In this document: positions 16,181 to 24,754 of the stretch, piece by piece | How the letters are laid out: each line of letters opens with the position of its first letter | Position numbering within the stretch: position 1 is the first letter of the stretch | The notes under the pieces: generated by a model | What the model was told of the DNA's origin: nothing | What the model saw: only the letters and a program-made list of their open reading frames with translations | The model's database searches: none | Origin: Gemmatimonadales bacterium | GTDB taxonomy: Bacteria > Gemmatimonadota > Gemmatimonadetes > Gemmatimonadales > GWC2-71-9 | Length of the DNA stretch: 64,000 nt | Assembly: GCA_035943095.1 (NCBI GenBank) | Contig: DASZCN010000011.1 | Span: forward strand, 1,775-65,774 | Direction: 5' to 3' | Translations under genes and position numbers: made by a program

Positions 16181-18544
16181 CTAGTATGTGGAAGTGATCA
16201 ACACTCGGCTCTTCCTCCCATCCATACGAATGCCGGAAGGCGAAGGATTGGTCGGTCTGCCGTTGAGAAAATACTTGGTGTTGGGCGAAGCTTTCTCTCT
16301 TAAAACGAAGTGCCACCCGGTCTCTTTGGCTGCAATATCGTAGATGACCCCTTTTCCCGTTCTGGTACGCGAAAAGGAAATAAGGTTGGTGCCGACCGGG
16401 AGGTCCTCGATCTTGATGTTCTCCCAGCCCGCAGGAAGGTGGGGCTCGAACACGATCGTCTTATTCACCGCGTCCGGTCGGACGCCGAAAACATGCTGGA
16501 TCAATGGCAACACGATGCCGTAGCTGGTCCAAGCGATCGTGAAGCAACCATAGTCCGGCATCATTTCCGATATCGAGCCCGGCGATACGCGGTTGAAGGT
16601 TTGAACGATCCTGTCCACATACCACATCGCTTCGTCGGTACGCCCATAATTGCCTTCGGCAACGGCTTGCACGCCGGTCGAGATCGTCATCATCGCCTGT
16701 CTTTCGACGGCGGAGAGATAGGGGCCGTATGCTCCGGTGTTCTCGCGCCGGATCTTGTCCAAAAGCCCGATCGCTCGCGCCCCCGGAGCGATGCCGGTTT
16801 CCATCGGCGTTGCGATAACCCAGTTCTTGTTGGTGATCCAGCCCCTGTCTCCCTCCGGCATCGCGGAGAATTCCGCCTTCAGCCGTTCGTAACGCGCAAT
16901 CAAGTCTTTGTCTCTCTGGGTCATCTTGTCCGCCCCCTTGAGACCTATCTGCTTGATCGCCCCTTCGGCGGCGCTGACCGCCTGCGATCTGCTTCCGTAG
17001 AAATCCGCGTATGTACTGTCCTGTTCAATCCAGAATCGTTGATTAATCCTTTCTTTTAAGTCTGAAGCCAGTGTCCGGTATCGGTCTTTCGCACCCGTGT
17101 CGTTCAATACTTCGGCGATGCGCGCCGCAGCCTCCAGAGCCTGCTGCGTATAGGCCGCGACATCGATCAGCTCGGCGTTCAAACCATAAACTTCCATGAT
17201 CCCGTAACCTTCGGGGAACAGGTCCTTGTTCTGGTCCATCTCGCCCAGGAGCCAATCGATACCCATCTTCATGGCGGGATACATCTCTCGCGCAAAATCC
17301 CGATCCCCCGTCCACTCGAATACCTTGCCGACCGTCAGGACGAACTGCGCGGTCTCCTGGGTATTCCCTGGATTCGTCACCGCTCCGTCGGTTGTTATCT
17401 CATGCACGATCCGGCCGTTCGCGTTCACCTTGTTCGACTGGTTCCGTAGCAGCCGGAGCGTCTGCTTGGCCAGGTCGAAATCGCCGGTCGTCGTGAGCGC
17501 TTGCAGGGAGTACGTCTCGGTGCCGAACCACCAGGGATATTCCATGAAGCCGCCGCTCTCACCGCGGCCGATTCCGGGAACGTCCCTGACCAGCCACTCC
17601 ATGTTGATCCTGCTCCAGTTATAGACTTCTTGCAGGTGCCGGTCCGGGATGCTTATGCGGGCCCGGTTGATGATCGAGCCATAGTGCGCCACCTTCTCCG
17701 CGAGGAGGGTGACATGGTGCTCCGCCAGATAGTCGTAGACCGCTACGGCGTCGCGCTGGCTGGTGGTCGAGCCTGCGACGACGAAGGTCAGGGTGGAGGT
17801 GGCATGGGCGCCGACTGTGACCGTGTGACTGGACGCGGCCGTGACGCGCTGCTCGATTGGCCGTGCATCGGTGGAAGACACCGCACCCCAGACGCAAAAC
17901 CAAGGGTTATCGCTGTCTCTGGCGATGAAGACACCCTTGTTGGGACGCCATTCGACGACATCTTGACCATCCCGGATGCCGAGACGATCGGCATACCAGC
18001 CGGGGCGCAGGTCCGTTTTGACGGACCATTCCAAGCGCAACCGTCGCGCACGATCTGACGCGTTCGTGAAACGGTACTGGACGATCAGGCCCTGGTGGTG
18101 ATCCGGACTGAACTGAAAGCGGTCGATATCCATATCGTCCAGCACCCGGCCATACCTGAAGAGGTTGCCATACGGATAAGCCACCATCTCCGCGCTTTCT
18201 GAAAGCAGAATTTCCGTATTGGTAGCCACATCCACAATCCGCGCCTGGAACCCGTCGATGAGCTTGATCGGCGGCAGCCACAACCCACCCATTTCACCCG
18301 GTAGGTGCTGACCCATGTCAGGGAAATTTCCATCCTGCGTGCCGATCAGGTATGTCCGGTCACCTGCGGTCACATAGGGTTGCTGCTTGTTTCGCCCCTG
18401 ATTGCTGATGCCGGCGAGGATGGGCGCCGCATAGTCGCTCATGGTCGGCGCCAAAGGAACCGACGCACCCGGCGAGCGTTGCGCAGCGCCGGGCTCGACT
18501 GTGAGGGCGGCCATGAGAACAAGCGTCACAAGTGTGGCAAGCAC
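16181..18544 (-). CDS. Secreted (alpha/alpha)6-barrel glycoside-hydrolase-like protein (glycogen-debranching/GDE_C-like)
   Basis: Signal peptide MLATLVTLVLMAALTVEPGAAQ. The central region YPWWFGTETYSLQALTTTGDFDLAKQTLRLLRNQS..GRIVHEITTDG..NTQETAQFV..DLFPEGYGIMEVYG resembles GDE_C-type barrels. The family assignment is tentative. G+C is visibly lower than the flanks. Confidence 0.5.
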   Translation of the reverse strand: MLATLVTLVLMAALTVEPGAAQRSPGASVPLAPTMSDYAAPILAGISNQGRNKQQPYVTAGDRTYLIGTQDGNFPDMGQHLPGEMGGLWLPPIKLIDGFQARIVDVATNTEILLSESAEMVAYPYGNLFRYGRVLDDMDIDRFQFSPDHHQGLIVQYRFTNASDRARRLRLEWSVKTDLRPGWYADRLGIRDGQDVVEWRPNKGVFIARDSDNPWFCVWGAVSSTDARPIEQRVTAASSHTVTVGAHATSTLTFVVAGSTTSQRDAVAVYDYLAEHHVTLLAEKVAHYGSIINRARISIPDRHLQEVYNWSRINMEWLVRDVPGIGRGESGGFMEYPWWFGTETYSLQALTTTGDFDLAKQTLRLLRNQSNKVNANGRIVHEITTDGAVTNPGNTQETAQFVLTVGKVFEWTGDRDFAREMYPAMKMGIDWLLGEMDQNKDLFPEGYGIMEVYGLNAELIDVAAYTQQALEAAARIAEVLNDTGAKDRYRTLASDLKERINQRFWIEQDSTYADFYGSRSQAVSAAEGAIKQIGLKGADKMTQRDKDLIARYERLKAEFSAMPEGDRGWITNKNWVIATPMETGIAPGARAIGLLDKIRRENTGAYGPYLSAVERQAMMTISTGVQAVAEGNYGRTDEAMWYVDRIVQTFNRVSPGSISEMMPDYGCFTIAWTSYGIVLPLIQHVFGVRPDAVNKTIVFEPHLPAGWENIKIEDLPVGTNLISFSRTRTGKGVIYDIAAKETGWHFVLREKASPNTKYFLNGRPTNPSPSGIRMDGRKSRVLITSTY

Positions 18545-18559
18545 TGGTGTTTTCCTCGA

Positions 18560-20053
18560 CTAGTACGCCTGTGCCCACACTGCTTCCGCGATGCTCGGCT
18601 TGCCGCACCACATGCACGTCCGGGGCGGCTCCGGTGAGCGGAACTCCGGATCGGGGAGCACGCGCACGGTTGCCGCCGTTTCCTGCTTGATCTCCGCCTC
18701 GCACACGGCGGAGCCGCAGAAGCCGCCGTACGCGAAGCCGCCCCCCGCCTTCATGAATTCGATGAACTGCGCTCTGGTGGCGCCGCGGATCGAATGCGCC
18801 TCGCGCCGCTCTTTCGCCGCTTTGAATAGCGCGGTTTGAATCTCCTCGAGCGCCGTGCTGACGGCGCCGGCGATGCCCTCGAGCTTCGCCGGGACCTTCC
18901 CGCCGGTGCGCCGGGCGGTCATGACCTGGCCGGCGGCGATGTCGCGCGGTCCGATCTCCAGTCGCAATGGCACGCCCTTGGCTTCCCATTCGAAATACTT
19001 GGCCCCGGGCTTCAAGTTCTCGCGGAGGTCGAGCTCGACCCGAACGTCCGCCTTCACCAGCTCGGCCTTTACCTGACCCCCGACAGCTGACACCTGAGAC
19101 CTTTCTTCATCCGATTTCCAGATCGGCACGATGACCACCTGCACCGGCGCCAGCTTGGGTGGGGCCACGAGGCCGTTGTCGTCCGAATGCGTCATGACCA
19201 GACCGCCGATCATGCGCGTGGTCACACCCCACGACGTGTTCCAGACGTAGTCGAGGCCCCCGGCTGCCGTCTGGTATTGCACGTTGAACGCGCGCGCGAA
19301 GTTTTGCCCCAGGTTGTGGGACGTGCCCGCCTGCAATGCCTTGTTGTCCTGCATCAACGCTTCGAGCGCATAGGTCCGAAGCGCCCCGGCGAACTTTTCA
19401 CTGTCCGTTTTTCGGCCCGTAATCACCGGCATCGCCATCCAGTCTTCCTGGAACTTGCGATACACGTCGAGCATCTGACGTGCCTCCGCCTCCGCCTCGG
19501 CCTCCGTCGCGTGCGCGGTGTGCCCCTCCTGCCACAGAAATTCCGTGGTGCGCAGGAACAGCCGCGTACGGAGCTCCCATCGCACGATATTGCACCACTG
19601 GTTCATGAGCAGCGGCAGGTCCCGGTAGCTCTGGATCCATTTCGCGAACATGGCGTAGATGATCGTTTCCGACGTCGGCCGGATCACGAGCGGCTCCTCG
19701 AGGGCCGACTCCGGGTCCACCATGACCGCCTGCGCGCCACTCTTGCCGGTCGCTTTGAGCCGGGTGTGGGTCACGAGCGCCACTTCTTTCGCGAACCCTT
19801 CCACGTGCTCCGCTTCCTTCGCGAGGAAGCTCATCGGGATGAACAGGGGGAAATAGGCGTTCTGGTGCCCCGTCGCCCGGAACATGTCGTCCAGGGCCCG
19901 CTGCATCAGCTCCCAGATCCGATAGCCGTGCGGCCGAATCACCATGCAGCCGCGCACCGGAGAGTAGTCCGCGAGCTCGGCGTGCATGATGACGTCGTTG
20001 TACCACTCGCTGTAATCCTTGGCTCGTGGCGTGATTTTCTGGGCTTGGGCCAT
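18560..20053 (-). CDS. proS: Prolyl-tRNA synthetase (archaeal/eukaryote-like short type)
   Basis: MAQAQKITPRAKDYSEWYNDVIMHAELADYSPVRGCMVIRPHGYRIWE.. Confidence 0.95.
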   Translation of the reverse strand: MAQAQKITPRAKDYSEWYNDVIMHAELADYSPVRGCMVIRPHGYRIWELMQRALDDMFRATGHQNAYFPLFIPMSFLAKEAEHVEGFAKEVALVTHTRLKATGKSGAQAVMVDPESALEEPLVIRPTSETIIYAMFAKWIQSYRDLPLLMNQWCNIVRWELRTRLFLRTTEFLWQEGHTAHATEAEAEAEARQMLDVYRKFQEDWMAMPVITGRKTDSEKFAGALRTYALEALMQDNKALQAGTSHNLGQNFARAFNVQYQTAAGGLDYVWNTSWGVTTRMIGGLVMTHSDDNGLVAPPKLAPVQVVIVPIWKSDEERSQVSAVGGQVKAELVKADVRVELDLRENLKPGAKYFEWEAKGVPLRLEIGPRDIAAGQVMTARRTGGKVPAKLEGIAGAVSTALEEIQTALFKAAKERREAHSIRGATRAQFIEFMKAGGGFAYGGFCGSAVCEAEIKQETAATVRVLPDPEFRSPEPPRTCMWCGKPSIAEAVWAQAY

Positions 20054-21336
20054 TATTTGAGCACGCCCTTGCGCACTTTCGCGAGCGGCACCTTGCGCTG
20101 TCTTCCGGTCGTCAAGTCTCGAACCACCGCCACTTTCGCCTTTCGCTCGTCGGGGCCTACGATCACCGCCCGCGCCGCTCCGTGGGCGGCCGCGAGCTCC
20201 AGCTGCTTCCGGATCGGGGCGTGCCGGAGCGCGTACTCCACCGCGACGCCCCGATCACGCAGCTCGTGCGCGAGCTTGAGCACGAACTCGACGTCCTCGC
20301 CGCTCACCGCTATCAAAAAGGCGTCGAGTTGACTCGGCGCCTCGGTGGCCTTGCCCGTTTCCTTCAGTAGTTCGCCGAGGACGACGTCTCCCATGCCGAA
20401 GCCGACACACGGTAAATCTATCCCCGCGATCTCCTTGATGAGGTTGTCGTAGCGGCCGCCGCCGCAGATTGCCCGGAGCGACTGCTTCGCGTCGAACAGC
20501 TCGAACACGATGCCCGTGTAATAGGCCAGCCCTCTTACGATCCGTAGATCGATATCGACGAATTCCTCGAGCCCCATGCCCTCCAAACGACGCACGGACT
20601 CCATCAGGGGCTCCGCGCTGGGCGAGCTCCGGAGTCGCGCCTCGGGGCGGCCTTCGGAATCGCCCAGCGCGTGCAGGAATGCATGGACGCCATCCCGTTG
20701 TTGGAGCGACGCGGGTAGCACGCCGGCCAACTGACGCTCGGTCGCGGCCGGGTCGCGCTCCCACTTGTCCAGGGCGGCAAGAACGGCTGGGATCTGATCC
20801 TCGTGAACGCTGTATCGCTGCGCCAGCTCCGCGGTGAGAATCCGCCGGTCCGACACCCGAAGGCGCACGTCTTTCGGACCCAGGCCAAAGGCACGAGCGA
20901 TGTCGATCACCGCCGCCATGATTTCGGCATCGGCCGCCGGGCCCGCCTCGCCGATGATGTCCATGTTGAGCTGAAAATGCTCCCGGAGCCGCCCCCGCTG
21001 CTGTCGCTCGTATCGGAAGAGCTGGGGGATCGAGAACCAGCGGATCGGCTTTTTGAGAGCCTGCGCCCGCGCACCCACCATGCGGGCCAGGCTGGGCGTC
21101 ATCTCCGGGCGCAGTGCGACGCGGCGATCGCCCTTGTCGGCGAATTCGTACAGCTGGCCGGCGATTTCCTCCCCGCTCTTGGCCGTGTACAGCTCTAGGG
21201 GCTCGAGCGGTGGGCCGTCGTATTCCTGGAACCCATAGCGCCGGGCGACGTCACGCCACACGGTGAAGATCGAGGTGCGGAGAGCCAGTTCTTCGGGGTA
21301 GAAATCGCGAAATCCAGGTAAGGCCTGTCCTTGCAT
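20053..21336 (-). CDS. hisS: Histidyl-tRNA synthetase
   Basis: LPGFRDFYPEE..RVALRPEMTPSLARM..RWFSIPQLFRYERQQRGRLREHFQLN.. Confidence 0.95.
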   Translation of the reverse strand: MQGQALPGFRDFYPEELALRTSIFTVWRDVARRYGFQEYDGPPLEPLELYTAKSGEEIAGQLYEFADKGDRRVALRPEMTPSLARMVGARAQALKKPIRWFSIPQLFRYERQQRGRLREHFQLNMDIIGEAGPAADAEIMAAVIDIARAFGLGPKDVRLRVSDRRILTAELAQRYSVHEDQIPAVLAALDKWERDPAATERQLAGVLPASLQQRDGVHAFLHALGDSEGRPEARLRSSPSAEPLMESVRRLEGMGLEEFVDIDLRIVRGLAYYTGIVFELFDAKQSLRAICGGGRYDNLIKEIAGIDLPCVGFGMGDVVLGELLKETGKATEAPSQLDAFLIAVSGEDVEFVLKLAHELRDRGVAVEYALRHAPIRKQLELAAAHGAARAVIVGPDERKAKVAVVRDLTTGRQRKVPLAKVRKGVLK

Positions 21337-21345
21337 CGCGACAAA

Positions 21346-22572
21346 TTAGCCGACCGGCGCGAACCCCGGCAAGCGGGCCAACGCGTCGCCCACGGTGTGA
21401 AACGAGCCCGTCACAATCCTCGTCGCGGCCTGGACCTGTACCCGCTCCAGCGCGCGCCCAAAATCGGGCTCGAATTCATGGATCACCGCCAGGCGCTCGA
21501 GCTCCCGCTCGAGGCGACCCAGGTTCCAACGCCGGCGCTCGGGCGCCGTGTCGGGCATCGTGAAGACGAACCCGTCGACGGCGGGCGCCAGGCTCTCGAT
21601 CATTCCGAGGTAATCCTTGTCGCCCAGCACCCCGACGAGCGCCCGGCGCGGGTGCGGCGGGTCACACTCGCGGATCGTGTCGGCGAGGACCCGCGCGCCA
21701 TCGGGGTTGTGCGCAACGTCGAAGATCCACGGTCCGCGGACGTCGAAGCGCCCCGCCACGTAGGCGCGCGCGAAGCTCGGCGGCCACGCATCGCCCACCG
21801 GTCCGAGGGGCGCCGGGAGCGCGTTCAGCGCCGCGAGGGCGACCCAGGCATTCGCGTGTTGGTGACGGCCTTTGAGTCCGAGCGGGCCGGTGGGCGGGCG
21901 CGCGCCGTCCACGAGGATCACGGGCTGCGCGCCCCGCCGCGCGGCTTCCGCCGCGAGTACCTCGCGCACCGCCGGGTCACGCTCGCCCGTGACGAAGGGA
22001 ACGCCGCGCTTCGCCACACCTGCCTTTTCGCGCGCGATGGACGTGAGCTCCGTTCCCAGGTAGTCCGTATGCTCGCGGGCGATCTTCGTGACGGCCGAGA
22101 CGAGCGGCGTGATCACGTTGGTCGCATCCAGTCGCCCGCCCAGGCCCACTTCGATCACGCCCACGTCCGCGCCGCGGGCGGCGAGATCGGCGAACGCGAT
22201 AGCGGTCGTCGCCTCGAAGAAGCTCGCGTCCAGGCGCTCGATGTGAGGCTGGAGAAACGTGGTCCATTCGGCGAACGCGTCCTCACCGATCGGCACACCG
22301 TCCACGACCATTCGCTCCCGTACGGAAACCAGGTGCGGCGAGGTGTACGCGCCCACTCGCAGCCCGCGCGCCACGAGCTCGGCAGCGATGAAGGCGCAGG
22401 TCGAGCCCTTGCCGTTCGTGCCCGCCACGTGGATGGATGGGAACTGGCGCTCCGGATGACCGAGCGTGTCCAACAGGCCCTCGGTCGGCCCGAGGCTCCA
22501 CTTGATCCGGCTGCCTTGTCGTGCGAAGAGAAAGCGGCAGGCGTCCTCGAAGGACAGCCCGGTCCGGATCAG
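21346..22572 (-). CDS. folC: Folylpolyglutamate synthase/dihydrofolate synthase; 5' end uncertain (no canonical start)
   Basis: P-loop HVAGTNGKGST. The track ORF starts at TTG 22473, but the same frame upstream encodes conserved FolC N-terminal sequence (LSFEDACRFLFARQGSRIKWSLGPTEGLLDTLGHPE). No ATG/GTG/TTG lies upstream in that frame, so I extended to CTG 22570..22572, which overlaps the accD stop. Confidence 0.75.
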   Translation of the reverse strand: MIRTGLSFEDACRFLFARQGSRIKWSLGPTEGLLDTLGHPERQFPSIHVAGTNGKGSTCAFIAAELVARGLRVGAYTSPHLVSVRERMVVDGVPIGEDAFAEWTTFLQPHIERLDASFFEATTAIAFADLAARGADVGVIEVGLGGRLDATNVITPLVSAVTKIAREHTDYLGTELTSIAREKAGVAKRGVPFVTGERDPAVREVLAAEAARRGAQPVILVDGARPPTGPLGLKGRHQHANAWVALAALNALPAPLGPVGDAWPPSFARAYVAGRFDVRGPWIFDVAHNPDGARVLADTIRECDPPHPRRALVGVLGDKDYLGMIESLAPAVDGFVFTMPDTAPERRRWNLGRLERELERLAVIHEFEPDFGRALERVQVQAATRIVTGSFHTVGDALARLPGFAPVG

Positions 22573-23435
22573 TCGGCGGCCTCGGCCGGTTGTCTCCCGG
22601 CCATGTGACGCAGCAGTCGCGCCGTGGTATCGCGTAGCTCGCTCCGCGGCACGACCGCGTCGATCATGCCGTGCTCGAGCAGAAATTCGGCGGTCTGGAA
22701 CCCTTCCGGCAGGTCCTGCCCGATCGTCTGCTTGATCACCCGCGGGCCGGCAAAACCGACCACCGCCCCCGGCTCTACGAGAATCACGTCCCCCTGCATC
22801 GCGTAGGACGCAGACACGCCGCCCGTGGTGGGGTTCGTAAGGATCGAGATGAAGGGCACGCGCGCCGCCCGCAGCCGCGCGATCTCGACCGATGTCTTGG
22901 CCATCTGCATCAGCGACAGGACACCCTCCTGCATACGCGCGCCTCCGGACGCCGAGACGATCGCCAGGGGAACGCGCCGCTCGACGGAGCGCCGTGTGAG
23001 GCGAGCGATCTTCTCGCCCACCACCGACCCCATCGAGCCACCCATGAAGTTGAAGTCCATCACGGCGAGGTCGAGCGGCATCCCGTCCAGGCGCCCATAG
23101 CCGGTCCGGACCGCTTCGAGCGGGCCTGCCTTTCCGATCGCGAGCTCGAGACGCTGTTTGTAGCTCTCGAAGGCGAGCGGATCGGTGGAGCGCAGCTTGC
23201 TGTCCAGCTCGTGCCAGGAGCCCTCATCCACCAGCAAGTCGACGTATTCCTGGGCCGAAATGCGTCGGTGGTGCCCGCAGTTGGGGCAGACATTGAACGC
23301 GCGGACGAACCGGTCCTTGATATCGATGTGGCCGCACTCGTTGCATTTTTCCCAGGCATCGGCTGGAATCTCCAGCTTCACCCGTTCGGACGTGCGCGGC
23401 TTTCGCTCTTTTTTGAACCAGGCCATTCGCGCCAT
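22569..23435 (-). CDS. accD: Acetyl-CoA carboxylase carboxyltransferase beta subunit
   Basis: MA(R)MAWFKKE..WEKCNECGH..CPNCGHH (Zn ribbon)..MDFNFMGGSMGSVVGEK. The track ORF start at 24101 is an artefactual extension. The start is ATG 23435 or 23426. Confidence 0.9.
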   Translation of the reverse strand: MARMAWFKKERKPRTSERVKLEIPADAWEKCNECGHIDIKDRFVRAFNVCPNCGHHRRISAQEYVDLLVDEGSWHELDSKLRSTDPLAFESYKQRLELAIGKAGPLEAVRTGYGRLDGMPLDLAVMDFNFMGGSMGSVVGEKIARLTRRSVERRVPLAIVSASGGARMQEGVLSLMQMAKTSVEIARLRAARVPFISILTNPTTGGVSASYAMQGDVILVEPGAVVGFAGPRVIKQTIGQDLPEGFQTAEFLLEHGMIDAVVPRSELRDTTARLLRHMAGRQPAEAAD

Positions 23436-23506
23436 AGGGGGGACTTGAAGGCGACAATCTGTGAGGGGCCTTTCTCCAGCGCCAGCCCCAATGGCGTAAC
23501 TCATTG

Positions 23507-24754
23507 TCAGAGTTCGGCATACCCTGACTGGCGGGACTCCCAGGCGACGCGAAGTGAGATCCCAACGGCCATGAAGCACGCGAGCAGGAACGAGCCGCCG
23601 TACGAGAAAAACGGGAGAGGAATACCGGTGATCGGCAGCAGATTCACGGTCATCCCGACGTTCTCGAGGATATGCGTGAACAGCATGCCGGTCACGCCGA
23701 ATACGCACAGGCTCGAATAGGGGTCCGTGGCCCGGCGCGCGATGCGAATCAGGATGAAGATCAGGGCACCGAACAGGGCGAGCGCGACGAGCACGCCCAG
23801 AAACCCGAGCTCCTCCCCGACCACAGAGAAGATGAAGTCCGTGAACTGGGCGGGCAGGAATGCGAGGCGCTTCTGGGGCCCGTGGGTGAACCCCTGCCCG
23901 AGGAACCCACCCGACCCGATCGCGATCTTCGACTGGATCACATGCCAACCCGTGGCACGCGGGTCCTCGTGCGGGTTCAGGAACGCGAGCAGCCGGTTCT
24001 GCTGGTAGGGTGCCAACCGTTGCCAGAACGGGACGGCAATCACGCCCATGACGAGGTTGGCGAGCATGACCGCGAGCCCCTCCCACACGTACGGTCGCCA
24101 CCAGATCAAGAGAGCGATCAGCACGAGGATCCAGGCGCCCCAGGCCACCGTAGAAAACGCGAGCACCAGGCCGATCACGGGGGACCCGAGGAGTATCAGG
24201 AGGGACGGCTTGGTGCCGGCCCAGTACAGCATGGCGAACAGGATGGCGACGAAGACCATCGAGCTGCCCAAGTCCGGCTGCTTGAACACGAGGAAGCTCG
24301 GGATGCCGGCGATGACGCAGGGCGGCAACAGGTCGCGCAGGGTGGCGGGGGCCTCACGCCGCCCCGCCAGCCAGCGGGCCAGCATCAGTACGACGGAAAG
24401 CTTCGCGAGCTCAGCCGGCTGTCCCAGTCGGACGCTGCCGACCGCGAGCCAAGACCGTTCGCTCGCCGCCGTCCCGGCTCCAACCCCGGCGAACAGAGTC
24501 CAGATCAGGATGAGGATCCCAATCCCGTACGCGTAAGGCGTGGCCCACTCGAGGAGCCGAGGCGACGTGCGGAACGTCAGCACCGTAGCGATGCCGCCAA
24601 CGGCGAGCCAGATCAGCTGCTTGTGCCAGATCGTCTCGACGAACGTCGGGACATCGGTCTGCCCCGCCGAGTACAGGGTCGCGAGCCCGTACGCGGCGAG
24701 GGCCAGCACAACCGCCACGAGCGGCCTATCGAGTTCCCGGAGCGGGGGCCGCAT
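23507..24754 (-). CDS. rodA: SEDS-family peptidoglycan polymerase RodA
   Basis: ..GQPAELAKLSVVLMLA..KQPDLGSSMVF...PITGIPLPFFSYGGSFLL.. It lies downstream of mrdA. Confidence 0.9.
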   Translation of the reverse strand: MRPPLRELDRPLVAVVLALAAYGLATLYSAGQTDVPTFVETIWHKQLIWLAVGGIATVLTFRTSPRLLEWATPYAYGIGILILIWTLFAGVGAGTAASERSWLAVGSVRLGQPAELAKLSVVLMLARWLAGRREAPATLRDLLPPCVIAGIPSFLVFKQPDLGSSMVFVAILFAMLYWAGTKPSLLILLGSPVIGLVLAFSTVAWGAWILVLIALLIWWRPYVWEGLAVMLANLVMGVIAVPFWQRLAPYQQNRLLAFLNPHEDPRATGWHVIQSKIAIGSGGFLGQGFTHGPQKRLAFLPAQFTDFIFSVVGEELGFLGVLVALALFGALIFILIRIARRATDPYSSLCVFGVTGMLFTHILENVGMTVNLLPITGIPLPFFSYGGSFLLACFMAVGISLRVAWESRQSGYAEL

